Shown piece by piece: positions 1 through 8,591 of a stretch of 64,000 bases of DNA (its first letter is position 1; each line of letters begins with the position of its first letter). This DNA comes from a virus: positions 1 through 64,000 of the IMG/VR virus record IMGVR_UViG_3300005095_000008, one strand, 5' to 3'. The translations under genes were made by a program, and so were the position numbers. Below the pieces are notes generated by a model. It was not told where the DNA came from. It worked only from the letters and a program-made list of their open reading frames with translations, and did no database searches.

Positions 1-39
1 ATAGTATTGGTTGAATAAAATTAAACATAGGAGCATGCT

Positions 40-462
40 ATGGCTGATATAAAAGCACCTGGCGCTGATAGTTTCTTTACAGAAATAGAGAATCAAACAC
101 TAGATAAAAACTTAAACATTCTCAATAGAGTCGTTGATAAAATGGTAGAGGGTGATGTACCTACTGATAATAGAGACATTAGGGTACTAAAAGAAGTGAT
201 TGAAGCAATTGATAATAAGGTAACAGAAAGAGCGAAACTTAGATTGAAACTACAAGAGAACGCTACCGCTGAAAGTAATGCAGAGATGGCTGCAGAGTTA
301 TTAAAACAAATTGCATCTAGAAAACAAGAAGCGAGTCAATATATCCCTACCAACGCCGAAAGAGAAATTCCTACTGATCTTGTAGAAAAAGTAGAAATCG
401 TTCCAGGAGAGCTAGAAATTAATCCTCCAACGCTTACATTAGATGATTTAGAAGACGCCTAA
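40..462 (+). CDS. hypothetical protein (phiKZ-like core block)
   Basis: 140-aa ORF with AGGAG SD; helical and acidic; co-oriented with the next two genes. Confidence 0.75.
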   Translation: MADIKAPGADSFFTEIENQTLDKNLNILNRVVDKMVEGDVPTDNRDIRVLKEVIEAIDNKVTERAKLRLKLQENATAESNAEMAAELLKQIASRKQEASQYIPTNAEREIPTDLVEKVEIVPGELEINPPTLTLDDLEDA

Positions 463-472
463 AGGAGGTTAA

Positions 473-1303
473 ATGTTTAATACCACAAAAACAATTTATA
501 GTGTTATGCTTGACGTAGCAAATATACTTGGTAAACCACACGTTGTTTTACCGTCAACGACATTAAATGAAAAATTTAAAGTAATGACACCAAACACAGA
601 GACTCAAAATCCTAAGTTGCGTTATTATGCGTTAGGGTTAGAATATGAAAGTCTTGTTCAGAACACAAGTATCAATATCGATATGATAAGACATAAACCT
701 ACAGATGGTTCATTATTTAGACATATTCCATTTATTGCTAGGCCTGTAGATTCAGATTTGACTGCTACAGAGCGCGATAGGTATAGGTTACGTACTACAC
801 GGTTTGTAGACGGAAAAGAGCACGCATTCTACTTTATTAAACTTATTGATGAAGTGTCTACTAATAGTAAACTACTGATGGTTTCTAATGTCAATAATGA
901 ATCGTTTCTGAATACATTCTCTACAGAAGTATCAGACATTCTAGAACCAGAAATAGAAGAGAGAGATTCTGTTGACTCGTCACAGATAGATTATATCGCA
1001 TATAGTCAACATATATCAATTACAATTACAGAAGATGAACTAAAAGAGTTGTATAATGCTACGAAACTATTATATGGCACAAATGTATTTGATGGTGATT
1101 CATTAACACTCGGAGAGATTGGTATCATATCTGGTAATGAAGCAGTAGATGAGAATGGTTTTAAAGAGATTGCAAATGCGCAAATCAATTACTTCTTGAA
1201 AATAGATCATGTCTTAACAGACATTAATCTTTTAAGTAAGTTTACGAAAACAATAGAGATGGGTGGTATGAGTCCAATGGTATTTAGGACGTATAATGAA
1301 TAA
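473..1303 (+). CDS. virion structural protein (phiKZ-like, probably baseplate-associated)
   Basis: AGGAGG SD; motif HKPTDGSLFRHIPFIARPVDSDLT..ER..YRLR recalled from phiKZ-like virion proteins. Confidence 0.65.
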   Translation: MFNTTKTIYSVMLDVANILGKPHVVLPSTTLNEKFKVMTPNTETQNPKLRYYALGLEYESLVQNTSINIDMIRHKPTDGSLFRHIPFIARPVDSDLTATERDRYRLRTTRFVDGKEHAFYFIKLIDEVSTNSKLLMVSNVNNESFLNTFSTEVSDILEPEIEERDSVDSSQIDYIAYSQHISITITEDELKELYNATKLLYGTNVFDGDSLTLGEIGIISGNEAVDENGFKEIANAQINYFLKIDHVLTDINLLSKFTKTIEMGGMSPMVFRTYNE

Positions 1304-1838
1304 GATTATCGGAATAGACCCAAGTACTAATTTTATAGGTGTAAGTATTATTACGATCAATAAGGAGTTAAATGCAGTCAAAGCGATAGAGACTACCGCT
1401 ATTGACATTTCGAAGACAGAGAGCTTCAATCCATTAAACAATAACTTGCTCTATAGATTACGAAAACTTACACAACTTATTTATAAAGTTATGGAAGAAC
1501 ACCAGCCATTGGCTGTCGGTATGGAATCTCCATTTATGAACCAATTGAGACCAGCGTCAGCATTACCATTAGGACAGTCTGTGCAAGCAATACAGCATGG
1601 AGTCTTTAAGTATAAACCACATATGGTTGTTGGTATGTATCCTCCATCCACGGTAAAAAATGCTGTCGGCGCAAAAGGTGGCGGTGATAAAGATGCAGTA
1701 CTGAAAGCGATACAGAAGATACCAGAACTAAAAAGTAAGATGAACTTTAACCTATTGACAGATCATGAAGTAGACGCGACTGCGATTGCGTACGCATTAC
1801 TACAAGACATTAGACACAATCCACTCATTTTAATTTAG
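1296..1838 (+). CDS. ruvC: RuvC-like Holliday junction resolvase
   Basis: IIGIDPS, GMESPF, PSTVK..VG...G.K and DHEVDATAIA motifs. Confidence 0.9.
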   Translation: MNKIIGIDPSTNFIGVSIITINKELNAVKAIETTAIDISKTESFNPLNNNLLYRLRKLTQLIYKVMEEHQPLAVGMESPFMNQLRPASALPLGQSVQAIQHGVFKYKPHMVVGMYPPSTVKNAVGAKGGGDKDAVLKAIQKIPELKSKMNFNLLTDHEVDATAIAYALLQDIRHNPLILI

Positions 1839-1866
1839 CGATAGAGTACCGTATGGTACTCTATCG
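1839..1866. terminator. palindromic hairpin between convergent genes (ACCRTATGGT family)
   Basis: cgatagagtacc-gtat-ggtactctatcg. Confidence 0.7.
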
Positions 1867-2658
1867 TGGAATTGCTGTACTGTGTCCAACGACACTGTGT
1901 TTATGCGTAGTAAGATTACCGAGTCTATCAGTAACATCTGCTTTCGTATTGATATTTTGTTTTGCATTAATTGTCTTTTCTACATAGACATTCTTCGTTG
2001 TGTAAACTTCTCCGTCTAATACAATCTTTGGTGCGTGTATGGTTACTTGTTTGGTGTGGTTTGTCTCTAATGTACCATCTTTAGCGTTGTGCCTGATATA
2101 GTTTTTATTTCCATCAACGACTTCTAAAATACCTTTCATTGTATCTAATGTAATATCGAATGTCGTTACTTCGCCATCATTCATAGATGTATGAATATGT
2201 AGTCGTTTATTAACAGTATCTATAACAGTATAATAACTGTTTTCATTATTAAGTGTTTCACCGTGTGTGTCTGTATTTCCATAGACATGAACGACAGTCT
2301 CTTTACGTCGCAGGTCTGATTCATACTTACCAGCTTCCCAATACCATTTATTGGCTTGTCCTACTTTGTAAAGTCTAACAGTTTCACCTTTCTTAATATT
2401 TGGAGGAGTAACTCTATTACCGCCGTCGCCACGCCATTCTGCTTCGATGGTATATTGTTTAATTGCAGAACCACTTAGCAAACTATTACCAGATTTAATA
2501 ACAGTAGTCGCTTTATCAACAAGTGTATCGCCATCTATTCCTTCTAATACACCACTATACTCACTAAGATACTCTACTGGAAAAACTGTGAGGATATTAT
2601 TACCAGTTGTAATATCTGTTACAGCGATTCCAACAGAATCCATTTTATAAGTACTCAT
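1861..2658 (-). CDS. baseplate central spike / puncturing protein (phiKZ gp164-like)
   Basis: N-terminal AEW..G.NRVTPPNIKKGETV, beta-rich middle, C-terminal HxH (THKH); close to SbcC as in phiKZ-like phages. Confidence 0.7.
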   Translation of the reverse strand: MSTYKMDSVGIAVTDITTGNNILTVFPVEYLSEYSGVLEGIDGDTLVDKATTVIKSGNSLLSGSAIKQYTIEAEWRGDGGNRVTPPNIKKGETVRLYKVGQANKWYWEAGKYESDLRRKETVVHVYGNTDTHGETLNNENSYYTVIDTVNKRLHIHTSMNDGEVTTFDITLDTMKGILEVVDGNKNYIRHNAKDGTLETNHTKQVTIHAPKIVLDGEVYTTKNVYVEKTINAKQNINTKADVTDRLGNLTTHKHSVVGHSTAIPR

Positions 2659-2714
2659 TTATAATCCTTTTGAGTCGTTATTCAATAAATCAAACAAAAA
2701 AGAAAAGTTTAGTC

Positions 2715-2738
2715 GAGGAGTGGCTTTCGCTACTCCTC
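2715..2738 (-). terminator. intrinsic terminator-like hairpin
   Basis: gaggagtggc-tttc-gctactcctc (GAAA loop on the minus strand) followed by a T-rich run on the minus strand. Confidence 0.6.
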
Positions 2739-2882
2739 TAGTTTTGGTGGAGAGAACGGATTGTTCTCTTCTAACCATTTAGGAGCAAAATACTCCACTG
2801 CTGTATAAACCATAACAGCCGTTAAATAAGCTGCTGTTCCTAGAATTGTTAGTAATCCCATATTTAATGCTAATTCTAACAT
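2730..2882 (-). CDS. small membrane protein, 50 aa (not in the ORF track)
   Basis: MLELALNMGLLTILGTAAYLTAVMVYTAVEYFAPKWLEENNPFSPPKLEE; ATG overlaps the upstream stop (TAATG); one hydrophobic segment. Confidence 0.65.
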   Translation of the reverse strand: MLELALNMGLLTILGTAAYLTAVMVYTAVEYFAPKWLEENNPFSPPKLEE

Positions 2883-3190
2883 TATGCGGCTCCTTTCAGC
2901 TGTGCTCTTGTTCTATAACGCTTAACGCGCAATTCTAGTTCGTCTAAAAGTTTCTTCTTCTTAGCAGACGGAATGTCTGCATTTTTGATCTCTTTTGACT
3001 CATCGAAAGCGATGCTAAGCGCTTCCTCAAAGTCTTCAACAATGATTGGTTCTTCCGTATGCGGGAAGAATATTTTCTCTCCGTTTTCAAAAGTCACATG
3101 TAGCGCATTATACGTTCCATCGATCATCGCGTCTAAAAGACGCGCTGCGCCTTCCTGTACAGAAGGTGTATAGCTTTCAGTATTTAACAT
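2882..3190 (-). CDS. hypothetical protein (putative early gene)
   Basis: AAGGAG SD; early-type motif at 3225-3237. Confidence 0.75.
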   Translation of the reverse strand: MLNTESYTPSVQEGAARLLDAMIDGTYNALHVTFENGEKIFFPHTEEPIIVEDFEEALSIAFDESKEIKNADIPSAKKKKLLDELELRVKRYRTRAQLKGAA

Positions 3191-3316
3191 AGTTTCTCCT
3201 TTTTAATTAGACATGTTATACTATTAATATCATATGTGAATAAAATGATAGTCGGAATATAAATACTTCTCTATTGTTAAATATAATGAATACACCTTTT
3301 ATAAAAGGAAACATAT

Positions 3317-5743
3317 ATGAAAATTACAAAACTTATATTGCATAAATATAGACGATTTATGCTCAATAACATCACTACGATTGAATACACACCAGACGCA
3401 AAGATTCAACTCATTGCTGGAACAAATGGTAGTGGTAAGTCATCGCTACTCGCTGAACTCTCTCCTCTTCCTGCGAATATCAAACTTGAGTTTTTAGAAG
3501 GCGGTTATAAAGAGATCTATATCGAACACAATAATAGTCAATACACACTCATCAGTGGTAAACTTGGTGCTGGTAAGCATCAGTTCATTGTAGACGGTAT
3601 TGAACTCAATGACGGTAATACGAAACGCGTGCAGCTCACTCTCTGTCAACAACACTTTAAACTCACGCCAGAACTCCACGAGATACTCATCGGTAGAAAG
3701 AGTTTTACATCTATGACAGTCGGTGATAGAAAACGTTGGCTATCGTCGCTTTCTACAGTAGATTACGACTATCCAATCAATATCTTTAATAAACTCAAAA
3801 TAGAGCGTAGAGATATCATTGGTGGCATTAAACTATTGAATACAAAGATATCTGCGTTAGAAACATCTATCGTATCAGAAGAACAACTCAATTATTGGAA
3901 AGAAGAGCATTCTCTTTTGAAAGAGACTATAGAATCACTTATCGCTATGAAAGAGAGTGGTTCTCTCACAACTAACTCTAATGCTAAAGAACAACTGAAG
4001 TTAAAGAGTAGACAGCTAGAACATGCGCTCTCATTTGTGAAGAAGAAAACGTCGCTAGAACTCTTAAAAGAGAAAGAGCATCAATTAGAGTTAATTAATA
4101 CTGAAATTAAACATATACTCAAACAGATAGAAGATGCTAAGAAACTTGAAGAGTCATCTGTAGATGAATTAGTAAAAGAATATACAAAACTCTCTGAAGA
4201 GAAAACAAAACTAGAAAGTAGTTTTACGTATAGCTTTCCTATAGAAAATGCAGAAACCGTTTATCGATTCTTTAAAGATAACCATTTCACTATTGTAGGA
4301 TACTTAAATAGACTCTCTGAATTTAGTGCTGTTAATTTAGAAGTAGAGCACATTAGAATGTTTAAAGATAGACTTGATAAGTGTGAACGATATAAAACAC
4401 AGATACAAACTCTGTTAGAGAGAAAGTCTAAAGTCTTACATACATTAACAGCAAATAAGAATAAACCTGAAATAGAGTGTAATAAGTGTGGTAATCGATG
4501 GAGAGATGGATTCGATGAAATGCAATATAGAGAAGTGCAAAATGAAGTAGAATCTCTGATTTCTAAACAAAACCAGAATGAAAAGATATTAACAGAAACA
4601 AAACATGCTCTAGAAGAGATAGAAACAGCCCAAAAACTATTAAACGATTTAAATGGATATATTGGTATGTCTAACATAGTAAAAACGTTTTATGAGGCAA
4701 TTCTTGAAAAACATAATTTAACACTTCCGACTGATGCGTCTCTATTAATCACAACAATCGAAGCAGAAGTAAAACAGTTAGAGGTATTTGTAGACTATAA
4801 TAAGATAGTAAATGAAATAAAAACATTAGCAGATAAGATTGAGTATCATAAACGATTAATGTCACAACTACAAAATATGAATAATGTGAATAGTGAACTA
4901 TTACACGATAAATTAGCAAGACTGTACGCAAATCAGAAGACATTAAATTACGATATCAAAGAGATGAAAGAAGCACTCTATCAGTTAGACAGAATTGAAA
5001 CACTCAAGAATGAAGTGAAACAACTCTTAACAATACTAAAACAAGAGTATAAAGAGAAACAGAAAGATAACGATAACGTATACTATATGAACGTCATACG
5101 GACTGCGAAAGCATTACTCTATGAACTAGAAGAGAAAATTCATAAAGCAAACAATGCAAATGAGAATTTGAAAGAACTCTCTAAAGAACTAAATGAGTAT
5201 ACTACCAAGAAGAGAGTCTTAGAAGTAGGCATAGATGCCTTATCTCCTACGAAAGGTTTGATTGCGAAATCTATTCTATCATTCCTTGGTGTGTTTGTAA
5301 ATAATATAAACCATATCATTAATCAGATATGGAGTTATAAGATGGAACTCTTACCTCCAGAGATTAGTGAAAAGAATGAATTAGATTATAAGTTTAGAGT
5401 CAACGTAGAAGATGTCAATACGATTGGTGATATTGGAATGGTCTCTAGTGGAATGGGTGAAGTCATTAATTTAGCATTTAGAATGGTAGTAATGCATTTA
5501 ATGGATATCAATGATTACCCATTGTATCTGGATGAATATGGAAGTAAGTTTGATCCTGTACATAGAGAGACAGCATATACAATTGCAAAAGAGTTGAGTT
5601 ATGATTATTCACAAATTTTCATGGTGAGCCATGCACAAGAGAGTTTTAGTTTGTATCAAAATGCAGACTTGATTATTCTTAGTGATGATAATTTATTCAT
5701 GGCAGAGATTACTGGTTATAATACAAAAATAAAAATAACATAG
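3317..5743 (+). CDS. sbcC: SbcC/Rad50-like SMC ATPase
   Basis: Walker A GTNGSGKSS, coiled coils with a CNKC zinc hook, signature VSSG, Walker B LYLDE, H-loop VSH. Confidence 0.92.
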   Translation: MKITKLILHKYRRFMLNNITTIEYTPDAKIQLIAGTNGSGKSSLLAELSPLPANIKLEFLEGGYKEIYIEHNNSQYTLISGKLGAGKHQFIVDGIELNDGNTKRVQLTLCQQHFKLTPELHEILIGRKSFTSMTVGDRKRWLSSLSTVDYDYPINIFNKLKIERRDIIGGIKLLNTKISALETSIVSEEQLNYWKEEHSLLKETIESLIAMKESGSLTTNSNAKEQLKLKSRQLEHALSFVKKKTSLELLKEKEHQLELINTEIKHILKQIEDAKKLEESSVDELVKEYTKLSEEKTKLESSFTYSFPIENAETVYRFFKDNHFTIVGYLNRLSEFSAVNLEVEHIRMFKDRLDKCERYKTQIQTLLERKSKVLHTLTANKNKPEIECNKCGNRWRDGFDEMQYREVQNEVESLISKQNQNEKILTETKHALEEIETAQKLLNDLNGYIGMSNIVKTFYEAILEKHNLTLPTDASLLITTIEAEVKQLEVFVDYNKIVNEIKTLADKIEYHKRLMSQLQNMNNVNSELLHDKLARLYANQKTLNYDIKEMKEALYQLDRIETLKNEVKQLLTILKQEYKEKQKDNDNVYYMNVIRTAKALLYELEEKIHKANNANENLKELSKELNEYTTKKRVLEVGIDALSPTKGLIAKSILSFLGVFVNNINHIINQIWSYKMELLPPEISEKNELDYKFRVNVEDVNTIGDIGMVSSGMGEVINLAFRMVVMHLMDINDYPLYLDEYGSKFDPVHRETAYTIAKELSYDYSQIFMVSHAQESFSLYQNADLIILSDDNLFMAEITGYNTKIKIT

Positions 5744-5746
5744 AAC

Positions 5747-5772
5747 CACACAGTAGCGTTTGCTACTGTGTG
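5747..5772. terminator. hairpin after sbcC / 3' end of the putative ncRNA
   Basis: cacacagtagc-gttt-gctactgtgtg. Confidence 0.65.
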
Positions 5773-5774
5773 AC

Positions 5775-6001
5775 TTCTAAATAGTTTTAAAAAGGAGTTG
5801 AGGCGCCTAGAGAAAATATAACAAAAAGGTAAAGTGGAGGTGATACCTTTATGACACTTTGTGTCGGTTGAATAAATAGTTTTCCATAGTCGTCTAAACA
5901 ATGGGAACCAAGGATGTGAGCAGACATGTCTAACTACTCACTAATTTATGTGGCATACTCATAAGCAAAAGGAAGACTTATGAAAAACTCTAGACGCCTC
6001 A
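5775..6001 (-). ncRNA. putative structured multi-hairpin ncRNA (unassigned family)
   Basis: 14-bp closing stem (5799-5812 with 5988-6001) enclosing five hairpins; three G-U wobbles work only on the minus strand; no credible ORF. Confidence 0.6.
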
Positions 6002-6041
6002 TAATAATAATATGCAAATGAATTATTTTTCAATTCGCTTG

Positions 6042-8552
6042 TTACCAATCGTCTACATTACCACCTGTCTCTTCATCATTTTCGTTATCGTCTGTTTTAG
6101 TCTCATCTCCTGTATCACCTTCATCTGTTTGAGGTGTCTCTTCAGTTTGTTGGTTATCGTTATAACCACCTTCATCTTCGTCATCGCCACCATCTTCATC
6201 AAACTTAGTAAAAACTTTTGTCAAGACTTTCTTAATCTTCTTATCTTTACGCAATGCAGGTTTCAAACCTTTTGCTAGCTTATCAAGATAGTCAATGTAT
6301 TCATCAAGTACGACAAACTCATATTTACTCTCATCTTCAGAAGAGTTCATAATCATAGTGTTCAACTCTGTCATATATCCATTATCGCGCATCCACTTTC
6401 TCAATAATGTATGGTATACTACTTTACGATACTCATCAATTCTATCACCTAAGTCACTTGCGAGTTCAGGTGTGATAGCATCTTCGCCAAGTACGGATTC
6501 AATAGCAGTCTCTAGATTATCTCTATAGTTTTCAAATGCTTGTGCTAGACCTTCATCTGTATTTGTTTCAATACCAGGCAATGCAATTTCAATATGCTTT
6601 ACGATATCGTTAATGATATAGTATACAATAGATTCATCTGTGAATGTATAGTCTGGGTTCGCATCTTCTAATCTCTTACGAATCTTATCTAAGTCATTCT
6701 TAACGATAGACTCTATATTTCTGAATAACATACCGTCATTTTTAATAATCATACGTACATGATTTGTTAAATGCGTTTGTAAAGTCATCTGTCTCTTTTG
6801 AATTCGTCTCGCTAGTAATGCATTATTCGTAATAATAGTAGCAGCAAACTCTACGTCTTTACCAGAATCTACGAGTTCAGGTGTGACTCCTAATGTCATA
6901 AGAATTCTATTTCTCATATCTTCTTCAAGAGACTCTTCTGGTTGCGTAATACTTCGAGAAACATCTTCTAAATCAATCTTAATGTTCGGTAGATTCGGAT
7001 GATTGAATTCATACATATATCCTAACTTATGTACCCATTGCGTTAAGTCATGTACATTCAAAATACCGATAGGCATCTCTAACTGTCTGTTCTTGAGCGT
7101 CTCTGCAATAATCCGCTCTTTCGTTCTTGCAGGGTCTGGATCTTTCTCATCTAGTTCGACCGTGAGTTTAGTCGTCGGAATACTATTCTTAATCGTACTC
7201 ATAATGTTACCAAACATAAGAATTGCTCTAATACTAGATAGAATAGACACTTTCTCTAGTAGTGATGCACCAGTACCATTGTTTCTATAATCGAATGCAT
7301 AGAACTGCACAATCTCTCTTGGTAAGAATAACATACGTGTCTTCTCGTGCTTCAATACTCTAGACAACATCGTTCTGTAGACATGTCGCACCATCGTTAC
7401 ATCAGCAATATCTTTTAACTCATCACTCTTTCGTAATACGTCTCTCAATCTTTTATCGATAATGTTATCATACATTACATCTAAATTCTTAAGAATTGTT
7501 GCTCGGTTGACTCTTTTATTCAATTCATTATTTGCTTTGTCAATGAGTGATGCTTTATAAACATCTATCAAGTCATTATCACTACCACTAAACCAATTAT
7601 CTCCTGCTACAATAGGGGAACCACTCGCATCAATGAGTACAAAATACCCTAAGTGTTCAGATGGGTCTCCAATAGCATGTACTGGAATCACAGACTCTAC
7701 AGGTAGCTTCATGACCAATGGAATTTCATCTGCTCTTAAGTTCGTCTCTTCAGCAGTAGTAACACCTAGGATTGGCGTACCTTTCGTCTCTTTTAATTTC
7801 CTAAATGCTAATTCAATATTCATATCTACATTATCGTCATATGCCTCTAGACCAATAGACATTTTTTTATGGATAGATTTTTCATTTATTTTACGCATCG
7901 CTGTCGGAACAGCTAACACTTCTAATCTATCTGTAAATTCAATTAACTCATTCACTTCTATCTTCTCTTCTAATAGACCTGCTTCTGTTTTAAACCTACT
8001 ATTCTCTTCGGTTTTAATATCAGAATGCCTTGGGAGCATAAAGTTTTTCTCTACGTATGTATCTACAAACTCTTCTACACCAACTTTATTTTTCTCTTCT
8101 GTAGAACGTTTAATGATTTCTGTTAATGCGTTATTAGGAATCAATGCTTCTATATACGCGCCTTTTGTAAAGAGTGCCTCTTTTACAATGGTTTCTAATT
8201 TACTCTCTAAACCATAGTTCTTATTGATGTGTTCTTCTATTTCTGTCAATAACAACTGGCTCGTATTAATAGACAATTCGCTATCGGTTAGTCGATAATT
8301 TAAATTTGTTGTCATCAAGTCTTTTGGTGAGATGATACTAGAGACTACAATGTCCATAGCTAAGTTTATATCTGGGAACAACTCTAATACCGATTCATTA
8401 TTTGTTAACGATGTAATAGTATTGTTACTAATCTCATTAAGGTTTACTTCATCTACAACAATGTCTTTCTTAGGTTTACTATCAGATTTTGTTTCTTGTG
8501 AAACGAGTTTATCTGAAAAGAATGGGTATTTTTTAACTCTATCTTTAGCCAT
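6042..8552 (-). CDS. portal protein (phiKZ gp129-like)
   Basis: 836 aa; motifs LFPDINLAMDIVVSSIISP, LPVESVIPVH..GDP..H.GYF and YAFDY...GTG.SLL; acidic tail; divergent from a gp128-like gene. Confidence 0.8.
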   Translation of the reverse strand: MAKDRVKKYPFFSDKLVSQETKSDSKPKKDIVVDEVNLNEISNNTITSLTNNESVLELFPDINLAMDIVVSSIISPKDLMTTNLNYRLTDSELSINTSQLLLTEIEEHINKNYGLESKLETIVKEALFTKGAYIEALIPNNALTEIIKRSTEEKNKVGVEEFVDTYVEKNFMLPRHSDIKTEENSRFKTEAGLLEEKIEVNELIEFTDRLEVLAVPTAMRKINEKSIHKKMSIGLEAYDDNVDMNIELAFRKLKETKGTPILGVTTAEETNLRADEIPLVMKLPVESVIPVHAIGDPSEHLGYFVLIDASGSPIVAGDNWFSGSDNDLIDVYKASLIDKANNELNKRVNRATILKNLDVMYDNIIDKRLRDVLRKSDELKDIADVTMVRHVYRTMLSRVLKHEKTRMLFLPREIVQFYAFDYRNNGTGASLLEKVSILSSIRAILMFGNIMSTIKNSIPTTKLTVELDEKDPDPARTKERIIAETLKNRQLEMPIGILNVHDLTQWVHKLGYMYEFNHPNLPNIKIDLEDVSRSITQPEESLEEDMRNRILMTLGVTPELVDSGKDVEFAATIITNNALLARRIQKRQMTLQTHLTNHVRMIIKNDGMLFRNIESIVKNDLDKIRKRLEDANPDYTFTDESIVYYIINDIVKHIEIALPGIETNTDEGLAQAFENYRDNLETAIESVLGEDAITPELASDLGDRIDEYRKVVYHTLLRKWMRDNGYMTELNTMIMNSSEDESKYEFVVLDEYIDYLDKLAKGLKPALRKDKKIKKVLTKVFTKFDEDGGDDEDEGGYNDNQQTEETPQTDEGDTGDETKTDDNENDEETGGNVDDW

Positions 8553-8591
8553 GTGAGCCTCACTTTTCTATTTTATTTTAAAAGGATTAAA

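Noticed and set aside
5799-6001. Retron msr-msd, tRNA, tmRNA or group I intron identity for the structured region
   Set aside because: No reverse transcriptase in the window, no cloverleaf or T-loop, no tag ORF, and it does not interrupt a gene; left unassigned
5716-6278. ORFs 5716..5901 (-) and 6012..6278 (+)
   Set aside because: They cross hairpins or lie antisense to the portal or sbcC ends and lack SD support
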